Part shown: in pieces, positions 41,345-50,375 of the stretch
Position numbering within the stretch: the stretch's first letter is position 1
Layout: each line of letters begins with the position of its first letter
IMG/VR virus record: IMGVR_UViG_3300011187_000006
Span: 1-64,000 of that record
DNA: 64,000 nucleotides
Strand: one strand, 5' to 3'
DNA from: an uncultured virus (IMG/VR IMGVR_UViG_3300011187_000006)
Lineage: Duplodnaviria; Heunggongvirae; Uroviricota; Caudoviricetes
Program-made: the position numbers and the translations under genes
The notes under the pieces: model-generated
Database searches by the model: none
Told to the model about the DNA's origin: nothing
Seen by the model: only the letters and a program-made list of their open reading frames with translations

Positions 41345-41426
41345 TCGGCACAGTAGGACTCGAACCTACGTTTTCAACTTACCAACTACAGTTCTCCAAG
41401 GTATCAGCTTGGGCTGGTATGTGCCG
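41345..41426 (-). tRNA. Non-canonical tRNA-Ile(GAT) lacking a D arm
   Basis: CGGCACA/TGTGCCG acceptor; CCAAG-CTGATAC-CTTGG 7 nt after it; long variable region; normal T arm. Confidence 0.7.
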
Positions 41427-41434
41427 ATTATTTG

Positions 41435-41508
41435 CTCCTCCCACGAGATTTGAACTCGTAACCTTCTGATTAACAGTCAGATGCATCTGCCAGTTGAGCT
41501 AGAGAGGA
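41435..41508 (-). tRNA. tRNA-Asn(GTT)
   Basis: TCTGA-CTGTTAA-TCAGA. Confidence 0.9.
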
Positions 41509-41520
41509 TTGTAATATCTG

Positions 41521-41605
41521 TACTAATGATGAGATTTGAACTCATATAATCATTTCTGATTAAAGGATTTTGAATCCCTCGTGTCTACCATTCCACCACA
41601 CTAGC
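41521..41605 (-). tRNA. tRNA-Leu(CAA)
   Basis: AGGGA-TTCAAAA-TCCTT; long variable arm. Confidence 0.88.
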
Positions 41606-41612
41606 ATAAAAC

Positions 41613-41648
41613 AAAAAAACCCCTAGAATTTTCATTTCTAGGGGTTTT
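41613..41648 (-). terminator. Attenuator terminator upstream of the 10-tRNA cluster
   Basis: AAAACCCCTAGAA...TTCTAGGGGTTTTTTT on the minus strand. Confidence 0.88.
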
Positions 41649-41671
41649 AGTTATTTGTATTTTTTATTTCA

Positions 41672-41791
41672 CTATGTCATAAGATGAAATTTATTAAATA
41701 CACTAGAACCCCTAGATGGTCTATTACATAACATAATATTCACCACATTGAGCGTTAAGTTTCTATTTGTATTTAGGTTTAAATTTTTCAT
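41672..41791 (-). CDS. Leader peptide MKNLNLNTNRNLTLNVVNIMLCNRPSRGSSVFNKFHLMT
   Basis: 39-aa ORF; codons 3-24 use only amino acids of the downstream tRNAs. Confidence 0.82.
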   Translation of the reverse strand: MKNLNLNTNRNLTLNVVNIMLCNRPSRGSSVFNKFHLMT

Positions 41792-41936
41792 CGCTATTAT
41801 ATATTAAATTTTATTTCTTCCTTTGGTTATTTATATTCTTTTTTTACTAAAAGTTTAAATTATTTTAGGTTCTGTGCAAATATATAACTAATATTTGTTT
41901 CTCACAAGTGTTTTTTAAAAAGATTTAAATTTATTT

Positions 41937-42158
41937 TCATATGAGTTCTAATTCAACTTCACTATCATGACTAAACGTATAGTATTGGTCATGGTTTAAG
42001 TTTATATCAATCCCACTTTCGATAGTATCTATACGCCTATCGGATTTATCGCTTACATCTAGTCGCTTAACAACACTATCATTGTCATAATCCTTAATCT
42101 CGATATACTTAAAAAGAGGTACATTAGTATCTATAATAGAATTATTGTCTTTATTCAT
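41937..42158 (-). CDS. Small hypothetical protein
   Basis: ORF track. Confidence 0.5.
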   Translation of the reverse strand: MNKDNNSIIDTNVPLFKYIEIKDYDNDSVVKRLDVSDKSDRRIDTIESGIDINLNHDQYYTFSHDSEVELELI

Positions 42159-42223
42159 TGTTTTATTATTATTATTGTGTAAATATAGAAGCTAATAGCC
42201 AAAAAATTTATAAAAACATTTAA

Positions 42224-42490
42224 CTAGGCTTGTGATTCGCTTTGTTCTTTTGTCCATTGTGTGAAGTGTAGCATATATGCTGGTTCAAATCCGTTTGTTT
42301 TAAGTGGGTGGTCGCTATTCATTATTACATCAATCGCACTTTTTGGTAGTATTTTAGCCTTTTGGTCATCATTTAATTTGCTATCCAAGTACTTGTGAAA
42401 TTCAATTCCGATTTCATCAATATCCTCATTGCTTATTTCGCCAATCTCAGAGAAGTTCTTTCTGATGAAGTATCTAAATGTATCTTTCAT
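42224..42490 (-). CDS. Small hypothetical protein
   Basis: ORF track; co-oriented run. Confidence 0.5.
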   Translation of the reverse strand: MKDTFRYFIRKNFSEIGEISNEDIDEIGIEFHKYLDSKLNDDQKAKILPKSAIDVIMNSDHPLKTNGFEPAYMLHFTQWTKEQSESQA

Positions 42491-42493
42491 AAT

Positions 42494-42841
42494 TTAAAAG
42501 TTGTTTGTTATTAATTTGGTCTGTAATTTCTTATGTCTTGCCAATCTCCAGTTCTCTAAATACACCATATCCTTTTTAGTCCTCCAAGAGTAACCACTTT
42601 GAAACCCAGTATTAATATTAATTAAGCCAAGGTTTTTAATAAGTTCAGTTGCTTGTTCACATGATATCGTTAGCTTTATCTCGGTATTTTGAGAGTCTTT
42701 TCTAATATATTTGACTATTTTCCAAGAATTGTCTACTTTCCACTCAGCAAGCATCCATAAATGATTCCACTTGTCTGTGACTAAGTCAATATCTATATCG
42801 TTAATATCAGTATATTTGAATGTTCCTTTTGTTATTTTCAT
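42494..42841 (-). CDS. Hypothetical protein
   Basis: ORF track; co-oriented run. Confidence 0.5.
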   Translation of the reverse strand: MKITKGTFKYTDINDIDIDLVTDKWNHLWMLAEWKVDNSWKIVKYIRKDSQNTEIKLTISCEQATELIKNLGLININTGFQSGYSWRTKKDMVYLENWRLARHKKLQTKLITNNF

Positions 42842-42842
42842 T

Positions 42843-43037
42843 TTAATACGTGCGTTTATTAATTAAATAATTTTCTTCTGCTAGTATTCTTAGGTTGTGT
42901 TTCAAATCAGATAAATTACAATCAATTACTTTACCAAACTTTGCACCACCTATTCTACATCCAAACTTTAGATTGCCAAAGTATGCAGTTCTAAGTGTTG
43001 TATTTATGTACAAGGTATACATTTTTCTAATTAACAT
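42843..43037 (-). CDS. Small hypothetical protein
   Basis: ORF track; co-oriented run. Confidence 0.4.
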   Translation of the reverse strand: MLIRKMYTLYINTTLRTAYFGNLKFGCRIGGAKFGKVIDCNLSDLKHNLRILAEENYLINKRTY

Positions 43038-43049
43038 AGTTCATTTTAT

Positions 43050-43325
43050 TAATTATGTCGTAAAATACATCGGTCTTCAGCCGATGTGATGTTAGACATA
43101 GGCAAATATACAAATAAAATTTATAATACCAATAGGGAAGGCAGACTTATTAATATATATGTTAATGGATGCCTACCTTAACTGGATGTGTTAGTCTTAA
43201 TTAAATAAATAAATATATGGTAAGGGACTTGCCATTACAAAGGTGGAGAATAAATCAGACTTTAGTGATAAAGCACATTCTATGAAACCCGAAACACATT
43301 AGTCTTTAGCTAATGGGTAGTTCAT
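43050..43325 (+). mobile_element. Non-autonomous IS605-derived MITE carrying a TnpB right-end (omega) RNA scaffold
   Basis: Left hairpin ACATCGG-TCTTCAG-CCGATGT followed by GATG; 43217-43325 closely matches the reverse complement of 7181-7290. Confidence 0.75.
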
Positions 43326-43432
43326 TAGCCTATTTTCTGTAGCTACTAGGAAAACATTTAGAACTACTGACAATATCCCATTAGTTTCTTTTTTATTAGA
43401 TTCCATAGTGTATAGTTTTATATTTATTACAT

Positions 43433-43669
43433 TTATTTTTTGGAAGTTTTCCAACCGTTCTTTTTATCAAATATAATTATAGTTCCTCTTTTTACAGAAT
43501 CTTTAAAAGTTTGTTTATCTGGGTCATCACAACTACATTTATTAGTGTGTCCACAATAACATAATTTTTCACCATGTCTATCTTTTGATTCTTCTCTTAT
43601 TTTTAGCCAGTAGTAGTGAGCAAGGTTAGTAATTGATAAATTTCTAAACCATTTTTTAATATTTTTCAT
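43433..43669 (-). CDS. Small Cys-containing hypothetical protein
   Basis: CYCGH...CSC motif. Confidence 0.5.
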   Translation of the reverse strand: MKNIKKWFRNLSITNLAHYYWLKIREESKDRHGEKLCYCGHTNKCSCDDPDKQTFKDSVKRGTIIIFDKKNGWKTSKK

Positions 43670-43779
43670 AATAACTTCTTTGTTTGTTCACAATACTATT
43701 ATCTGTAGTAAATTATATGATACAAACATACTGAATATATTTCGAATTATTAAAGTATTTATGAAATATTTTATTAAAT

Positions 43780-43938
43780 TTATTCCTTTTTCTTATTTCT
43801 CCATCCTTCTAAATCACGCTCAATGAACTTTCTAATCCTTTTTGATATGTTTATTGAGTTCTCATCACACATTTCGTGATATTCTTCTAATAATTTTGGT
43901 GGTATTCTAAATGAAAACATTTTATTCTTTGTACCCAT
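43780..43938 (-). CDS. Small ribbon-helix-helix-like DNA-binding protein (52 aa, not in ORF track)
   Basis: MGTKNKMFSFRIPPKLLEEYHEMCDENSINISKRIRKFIERDLE... Confidence 0.6.
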   Translation of the reverse strand: MGTKNKMFSFRIPPKLLEEYHEMCDENSINISKRIRKFIERDLEGWRNKKKE

Positions 43939-44025
43939 GATTTTTTATATTTTATTATATATATAAAAGTATATATCTCCCCTGTTGTATATATCAAATA
44001 AAAAGGTTATATTTGTTTAATATAT

Positions 44026-44577
44026 ATGACAACTATGAAAACTAAAAAAGAAACAAAGCTAAGAAAGGCTCTATTATTTATGATAGAGGCACACGATGGA
44101 CAGTTTAGAAAATTTTCTGGCAAAGAATATGCATGGCACCCAATTGCAGTAAGCAAAATAGTTAGGGAGGTCAAGGTGAGTAAAAATAAGGAGCTAATTT
44201 GTATTGCGGCATTACTTCACGACACTGTTGAAGATTGTGATGTTACTATTAGTAATATAGAAGAAGAGTTTGGAAAAATGGTCAGTAGTATAGTAGAAGA
44301 ACTTACATCTGATAATAACAAAATAGAGAAGGTAGGTAAATCACAGTATTTATTAAATAAAATGCTAAATATGACTAGTTATGCTCTTGTTATAAAGTTA
44401 GCTGATAGATTACACAATTGCTCAGATTTAGAACAAGGTAGTGATAAATTTGTCAGCAAGTATGTGACAGAAACTAGATTTATTTTAGATGGTTTAGTAT
44501 CAAGGAATCTATCACAAACACACAATGAATTGATGTCTTTGATAGATTCTAAGATAAGTCCATTTGAGAATAACTAG
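44026..44577 (+). CDS. Small alarmone hydrolase, (p)ppGpp HD-domain (Mesh1/SpoT-like)
   Basis: AHDGQFRK, YAWHP, LLHDTVED and KLADRLHN motifs. Confidence 0.85.
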   Translation: MTTMKTKKETKLRKALLFMIEAHDGQFRKFSGKEYAWHPIAVSKIVREVKVSKNKELICIAALLHDTVEDCDVTISNIEEEFGKMVSSIVEELTSDNNKIEKVGKSQYLLNKMLNMTSYALVIKLADRLHNCSDLEQGSDKFVSKYVTETRFILDGLVSRNLSQTHNELMSLIDSKISPFENN

Positions 44578-45014
44578 TCATTAGAATCATCTAATAATTT
44601 CCTTAGCTTTCTTGTCCTGATATGAAAGTCATTGTAAAGAGTTTTCTCTTTTAAAAGCCTATCTATTTTTTTATCAATTTCAACTAATCCATAGTCTATA
44701 TTTATCTTGTGCACATCATGTGAATCTGCTTCAATGGTATCATTTTCTAGATTAAATTTAAATTTAATTTTTAAATCTTTTACAAGCGTTTTAGAAAATT
44801 TACTAGAATCAATGTCTTTAAAGTTATTATCCTTTATTATTCTTATAAGCAATTTCTCTTTAGTGTTTAAATCTCCTTCACCAGTTACCATCATTATGCT
44901 ATTACTTGCAATACCAATTATTTCTACAAGTGAACCATAGTAATGGACTGAACGACCATTATCATAATGTGATGTAAATAAAAATAAATCTCCTTTTGTG
45001 ATTTTTTCTCCCAT
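44574..45014 (-). CDS. Hypothetical protein with C-terminal RxxKL motif
   Basis: Ends IRTRKLRKLLDDSND. Confidence 0.55.
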   Translation of the reverse strand: MGEKITKGDLFLFTSHYDNGRSVHYYGSLVEIIGIASNSIMMVTGEGDLNTKEKLLIRIIKDNNFKDIDSSKFSKTLVKDLKIKFKFNLENDTIEADSHDVHKINIDYGLVEIDKKIDRLLKEKTLYNDFHIRTRKLRKLLDDSND

Positions 45015-45016
45015 AT

Positions 45017-45688
45017 CTAATGTTTATAATGTTTATATAGTTTAATCCCAGCATCAATTGATGATGAAACATCTGATTCGCAGTATTTTACAACTGAATC
45101 TAAATTACCAGACCAGTATGCTTTATGGACTTTAGAACCATCTAGTTCATTCTTAGGGGATTCCACACCTAATTCATAACACATTTCATCAAAGGTATGT
45201 GATAATAAGTAACCAGTTTTCCAATCATCAGACATATCAGCTACTCTCATCTCCCATGGTTTCTTATCATATACATATATCATATCAACTGGCTCTATAC
45301 CATATTTATGTAATTTGTGTAATATCCAAGGAATATCAAAATGTTTTATCCTGAATCCACATAAATGAAAAGCTTTTTTTTCTATGTATTTTAGAGATTC
45401 ATTGAACTTATTGACTAAATCCTTTTCATTATCAGAGTATAACGATTTTATTCTTTTTTCTCCGTTAACGGTAAATCCAAATGATATACATATTATCTTA
45501 CCATATGTTGATATTATCCCACCATTTTCAATGTATGCTTGCTCTATACTCCCACACTTTTCTATCCAATTCATTTTTTTGCATTTGGCTTCAAATAAAG
45601 CTGATCCCCTCTCATCGTTTTCCTTAAATGATTCGAAGTTTTCATACTCACTTGTGGTTTCTATATCAAAATGTAATAACTCTACCAT
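45017..45688 (-). CDS. PolB-type 3'-5' exonuclease (DEDDy)
   Basis: FDIET, HFDIPW and YCESDV motifs. Confidence 0.82.
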   Translation of the reverse strand: MVELLHFDIETTSEYENFESFKENDERGSALFEAKCKKMNWIEKCGSIEQAYIENGGIISTYGKIICISFGFTVNGEKRIKSLYSDNEKDLVNKFNESLKYIEKKAFHLCGFRIKHFDIPWILHKLHKYGIEPVDMIYVYDKKPWEMRVADMSDDWKTGYLLSHTFDEMCYELGVESPKNELDGSKVHKAYWSGNLDSVVKYCESDVSSSIDAGIKLYKHYKH

Positions 45689-45804
45689 AGTTTCTTTATT
45701 AATATATACATACCTATGGAAAAGTTTATATAAAAAGGATACTTTAACATTTGTATCTGTTTACTATGTAAATATTTAATATATAAGTAAATAAATAAAT
45801 TATA

Positions 45805-46146
45805 ATGATACATCTTAAAAAGTTTTTAGAACAGAATGAAGAAACAGAGGAGGTAAATGATAACTCTCAGCTAATAGATGATGTTAATAGCTGTATAGAG
45901 TTACTAAATAAGTCAATGGAAAAGACTAAAGTTAAAGCCTTTTCAGTAGACCTAGGAGAGTTTATTAAGATATGTGAAGCTTTTGTGTATGCACTTGAGA
46001 ATAAATCACACCATCTCTCTAATATATCGGATTTGGTATTTGAAAGTTCTGTTTATTGTGCTGATAGGTGTTTAGAGTTTAAACACGAAGAAACTGCAAA
46101 GGCTTGTATAGCACTATCAGAAACAGCAGAAGATATTGTGGAATAA
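45805..46146 (+). CDS. Hypothetical protein (MIHLKKFLE N-terminus)
   Basis: ORF track; TTAATATATA upstream. Confidence 0.55.
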   Translation: MIHLKKFLEQNEETEEVNDNSQLIDDVNSCIELLNKSMEKTKVKAFSVDLGEFIKICEAFVYALENKSHHLSNISDLVFESSVYCADRCLEFKHEETAKACIALSETAEDIVE

Positions 46147-46147
46147 A

Positions 46148-46522
46148 CTACCACTTACCCTCTTCTAATAATCCTTTGTGTGTTTCTAGTTCTTCTCTAG
46201 TACATACCCAATGATTCCAGTTATTTTTCAATTTACGATGGTCATAATTAAGTGCAGATCCATTATTTCTACCTATATGTGACATTATAGATTCTGTCAC
46301 AATACTAAAGTTTCTGTATTGGTTTTCACCACAGCCACAACCAGTAGAAGATCCATTATTAAATTCCCATATAAGTGGCTTTAAATCACAAATTGGACAA
46401 TTCAACCAATGCTCAACGTCTTTTGGTATTTTGTATGCTGATATACATTTATATCTATTATTAACTATATCAATTTTAATACCTCTTATAATGTCTTTAA
46501 TATTTGTATCCATGCTTTCCAT
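46148..46522 (-). CDS. Zn-finger-like hypothetical protein
   Basis: CPIC...CGC...WN pattern. Confidence 0.5.
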   Translation of the reverse strand: MESMDTNIKDIIRGIKIDIVNNRYKCISAYKIPKDVEHWLNCPICDLKPLIWEFNNGSSTGCGCGENQYRNFSIVTESIMSHIGRNNGSALNYDHRKLKNNWNHWVCTREELETHKGLLEEGKW

Positions 46523-46532
46523 AGTGTATTAA

Positions 46533-46949
46533 TTATTTTAAATTTAATTCTTTTAAGTGAGTTAGTTCAACATTTCTTAGCCCTAGGTTATTTCTATAGT
46601 AGTATCTTGATGTAAGACTTGTGTTTATCCTAAATGGTTTTGTAGTTGGTATTATATTAACAAAGTCAGTCGAACTAATTTTGTTAATAATAAATTGAAA
46701 ATTTTTGTAGTTATTCTCACTAACTAGGTTTATACACTTCCTTGCACTTTCTGAACTTCTAAAAAATAAGGCAAAGTATATATTATTTTGGGGTTCGATA
46801 TATCCCCTAGGTCCATTATAGTAAAGGGTCTCTAATGTTTCTGTTTGATGAGACAACACTTGAGCAATCCTTAATCTTCTATATTGTACAAGTGTGTACA
46901 TTTCTATATAATATAGATATCTAATTCGTGTCTTATTTTGATTATTCAT
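46533..46949 (-). CDS. Hypothetical protein, paralog of 46942..47379
   Basis: Shared YIE(M/V)Y...R..(R/K)(I/L)..V and NIY...F patterns. Confidence 0.5.
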   Translation of the reverse strand: MNNQNKTRIRYLYYIEMYTLVQYRRLRIAQVLSHQTETLETLYYNGPRGYIEPQNNIYFALFFRSSESARKCINLVSENNYKNFQFIINKISSTDFVNIIPTTKPFRINTSLTSRYYYRNNLGLRNVELTHLKELNLK

Positions 46950-47379
46950 TAATGTTGTCTATTTCCCTACACTTTAATGTTTCCATATATGCTTTCTCAT
47001 CACGCACAATGCCTATATTAATTATGTATAATCCCATATCCCATTTTGAACACTCTGGTACTTTTAGCGGTATTAATTTTATAAACTCTAATCTATTAAT
47101 TTCGATTATTTCCATAGTTAGATTCTTTTTATCACACTTTTCTTTCATAGCAGCCTTTTGGTTGATAGCACTTTGTTTCTTCTTCCAAAAGCTAGAAAGA
47201 TATATATTCTTTATAGAAGTATTTCTACTTAGTGTATTAAAATAGGTGGGTCTTATGTTATTATCTAATCCCATTACTTTATTTAGTTTTTTACTCCTAA
47301 GTGCTGCTATATCATATACTTCAATGTAGAAAAATGTATTTAATCTATAACGTTTTCTTTTCTTTTTAAGTTCTGCCAT
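46942..47379 (-). CDS. Hypothetical protein
   Basis: ORF track; paralog of 46533..46949. Confidence 0.5.
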   Translation of the reverse strand: MAELKKKRKRYRLNTFFYIEVYDIAALRSKKLNKVMGLDNNIRPTYFNTLSRNTSIKNIYLSSFWKKKQSAINQKAAMKEKCDKKNLTMEIIEINRLEFIKLIPLKVPECSKWDMGLYIINIGIVRDEKAYMETLKCREIDNINE

Positions 47380-47438
47380 AACTAATTACATATATCTATT
47401 TAATTCCTAATTTTTTTAATCTGTTTTTTCTAATTTCA

Positions 47439-47675
47439 CTAATTGGAGTTTTCACTAATTGGAGTTAGCTTTATCTCTCTCATTTCGTACCTTATGCCAT
47501 TTTGTGAAATTACATATGAATCTATAGGATAATAAGCTTTATTTATAAATTCTTGTATAGTTAAACCTACTGGCTCAACGAGTTTTATTATCTTATCAAA
47601 TTTAGGATTCTTATCATATCCAGACATGTATACAAAATGCATACCAATAAGGCTATCTTCTTTATTAAATTTCAT
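47439..47675 (-). CDS. Hypothetical protein truncated by a 16-bp tandem duplication
   Basis: TTCACTAATTGGAGTT occurs twice at 47435-47466. Confidence 0.55.
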   Translation of the reverse strand: MKFNKEDSLIGMHFVYMSGYDKNPKFDKIIKLVEPVGLTIQEFINKAYYPIDSYVISQNGIRYEMREIKLTPISENSN

Positions 47676-48581
47676 CTATGAATACAATTTGTCTAGTTTG
47701 ACAGATCGATTATGTGTCTTTATAATGGATTTTTCTTCACCATCTAACCATTCTGATTCTGATTCTAAATCATTAATGATTAGATTATTTATTTCTTTAT
47801 TAAATTTGTATCTATATAAATCATCACCTTCTTGTGATCCATATAAGCTTGGTCTCAATAATACTTTCAATTCATTTGTCATCGTTGAAATAAGATTATA
47901 TTGTTTAATTATATAGTCTTTAAATATTAAATCAATTGGTAGCAATTCAAACATATTATATTGCCATAATGATTGAATATATGTCTTTTTTCTTGTAGTT
48001 TGTTTTCTTATTAAATCAAAAAACTCTTTCGAAATTTCTTCTGTAATATCAGCTTCTGTCATACTTTCAATATATGATATTCTTTCTGATATGTTTGTTA
48101 TGTTATAATCATCAATACCATCTAAAATACTTTTTATGTAAGCACCTCTAGTATATTCTTCGGGGTTGTCAATATTTATATCTAGGCTTCCATTGTCTAT
48201 GTAGTCAATGACTTCTGTTCTAAAAAAAGATATGAACAAATTGTCAATTATGTCTGTGTTTTTAACCTCTTCATCATAAGTTCTACTACTAGAATGTATT
48301 AGATTAAGTAATTCATATATATTTATGTTAAAGAATTTTTCTAACATTTCTACATTTATGTCATTTTCTATATGTCTTAATCTTCCATAGCTATCATATC
48401 GACCATTTATTGGAAACCCAAATGGTGAGAAGAACTCTTGTGTACCACTTTCTGATACAATTATGTTCTTATGTGAATTGAAATTTTCACTTCCACCAGG
48501 GACTAATATCTGAATACTTGCTCTATCGCCGTCACTTATGACTGTATTAGATATTGAACATATTATATTAAAACTACCCAT
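47676..48581 (-). CDS. Hypothetical phage protein
   Basis: MGSFN..C..S and GRYDSYG motifs; C-terminal RSVKLDKL. Confidence 0.6.
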   Translation of the reverse strand: MGSFNIICSISNTVISDGDRASIQILVPGGSENFNSHKNIIVSESGTQEFFSPFGFPINGRYDSYGRLRHIENDINVEMLEKFFNINIYELLNLIHSSSRTYDEEVKNTDIIDNLFISFFRTEVIDYIDNGSLDINIDNPEEYTRGAYIKSILDGIDDYNITNISERISYIESMTEADITEEISKEFFDLIRKQTTRKKTYIQSLWQYNMFELLPIDLIFKDYIIKQYNLISTMTNELKVLLRPSLYGSQEGDDLYRYKFNKEINNLIINDLESESEWLDGEEKSIIKTHNRSVKLDKLYS

Positions 48582-48843
48582 TTTTACATTTTTTATGATG
48601 AATAAAATCCTTGATACCGATGTATAAGGTCAAGATGCCTACTAATGCCCAAACTATTGTAAAATATGGACTGTGTAGTAAATCTGAAAATAAACCACTG
48701 TGATTTGTTGGTGTGTCTTGTAGTTCTATAGATGCCTTTACAAGCATAAAAGATTGAACAAATTGAAATATATGAAGGCTAGCATGTAGTATGTTAAGTA
48801 CGCCAAGTCCTATTATAATAAATGATTTCTTAAAAGTTTTCAT
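48574..48843 (-). CDS. Two-transmembrane-helix protein
   Basis: Two hydrophobic segments. Confidence 0.55.
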   Translation of the reverse strand: MKTFKKSFIIIGLGVLNILHASLHIFQFVQSFMLVKASIELQDTPTNHSGLFSDLLHSPYFTIVWALVGILTLYIGIKDFIHHKKCKNG

Positions 48844-48902
48844 ATTATTTTTTTACAAATATACAAATAAAAAATATTATACAAGTATTTTATGGTATTT
48901 AA

Positions 48903-49130
48903 TTAATCTACTTCGTAATCCCAAAAATCAATACCTATTGTAACTTCTTCTTGATAGCTATTTCTTAGCTTATCTAGCAGATGTTCTTTAATATCATTTT
49001 TAAAATCAGATACATTATTTTCTATTTGTAATTCGTTCAACCTATTATAGTCATTGCAAGAATTAATCTTTACTTTAACTTTAAGTGTTACCTCGATTTC
49101 CTTATCTATTTTATAGTTTCTATTTGACAT
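48903..49130 (-). CDS. Small hypothetical protein
   Basis: ORF track. Confidence 0.45.
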   Translation of the reverse strand: MSNRNYKIDKEIEVTLKVKVKINSCNDYNRLNELQIENNVSDFKNDIKEHLLDKLRNSYQEEVTIGIDFWDYEVD

Positions 49131-49139
49131 TATTTTGTT

Positions 49140-50375
49140 TTAACTATCAACAAATTCTTGTTTGATTATTTTTATTATCTTCTCAATAGTCACATCCTCT
49201 AAATCTGTCATATTTACAAGTTCACTAAAACCATAAGATAGTAATGATTTAGCAGTATCTATACCAGCTTTTTTAAATTCATTTATTACCCATAAATCAA
49301 CTTCATCAGAAAATTCCATAAGATCTATATCTTCCTCTGTAGCTTGCTCATCATTTATAAGATTTATTTCTAGACCAGTAAGTAAGCTAGTTAATCTTAT
49401 ATTAGAACCTTTCTTACCAATAGCCTTACCAATATCTTCACCATTTAAATGAACGTCAGCTTTACCATCTTCTACCTTTATAAATTTAACAACGGCTGGT
49501 TTTAACGACCTAGTTATATATAAATCCATATTATTTGTGTAGCTTATGATATCTATACTCTCACCATTTAGCTCTCTAGTAACTGCCATTATTCGACTTC
49601 CTCTACTACCAACACAAGTTCCAACAGGATCAATTCTATCATCATATGTTTCCACTGCTACCTTAGCTTTAATACCAGGTACTCTAACTATGTTCTTTAT
49701 ATTTATTAGACCATCGAATATTTCAGGTATTTCTTGTTCCATTATTCTTTCTAGAAACTTACTTGATGTTCTTGATGCAATAATGTATGGCTTATTGTTT
49801 CTAATTTCAGCTTCTTCTACCACAAATGATATTGTATCACCTTTTCTGTAAAACTCACCAGGTATCTGATTATCTTTTGGTAAACAAATTTCAATACCCT
49901 CATCATCTAGTAATATAACCATATTTCTTTTTATGTGATGGACTTCGGCATTGAAAATATATCCAATCATATCTTCAAACTTCTCTATTGTTGATTTATT
50001 TTCGTAGTCTTTTATTCTAGCCTTTAGATTCTGTCTTAAACTTAATATAGATCTTCTTCCTAATTCTGATATTTTGAATTCTTGTGGATATTCTTCCCCT
50101 ATTTCAAAATCTGACTCCACCTTAAGAACTTCTGAAATTTCTATTTCAGTATTGTGGTTTTCAACCTCGCCATCTTGTACAACGATTTTGTTTTGCCATA
50201 TTTCTAAATCTCCGTTATCTGGGTTTAGAATTATATCAAAGTTTTCATCTGTATCATATTTTTTTCTAAACTCAAATCTAAAAACAGAGTCTAGGATTTC
50301 CATTATCTCTATTTTATTAATCATTTTGTCTGACTTAAGCTCAGTAAATGAATCTATAATTGATGTGTTATTCAT
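49140..50375 (-). CDS. nusA: Transcription termination/antitermination factor NusA
   Basis: S1 and KH domains: EIPEIFDG, RIDPVGTCVGSRGSRI and AIGKKGSNIRL. Confidence 0.95.
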   Translation of the reverse strand: MNNTSIIDSFTELKSDKMINKIEIMEILDSVFRFEFRKKYDTDENFDIILNPDNGDLEIWQNKIVVQDGEVENHNTEIEISEVLKVESDFEIGEEYPQEFKISELGRRSILSLRQNLKARIKDYENKSTIEKFEDMIGYIFNAEVHHIKRNMVILLDDEGIEICLPKDNQIPGEFYRKGDTISFVVEEAEIRNNKPYIIASRTSSKFLERIMEQEIPEIFDGLINIKNIVRVPGIKAKVAVETYDDRIDPVGTCVGSRGSRIMAVTRELNGESIDIISYTNNMDLYITRSLKPAVVKFIKVEDGKADVHLNGEDIGKAIGKKGSNIRLTSLLTGLEINLINDEQATEEDIDLMEFSDEVDLWVINEFKKAGIDTAKSLLSYGFSELVNMTDLEDVTIEKIIKIIKQEFVDS

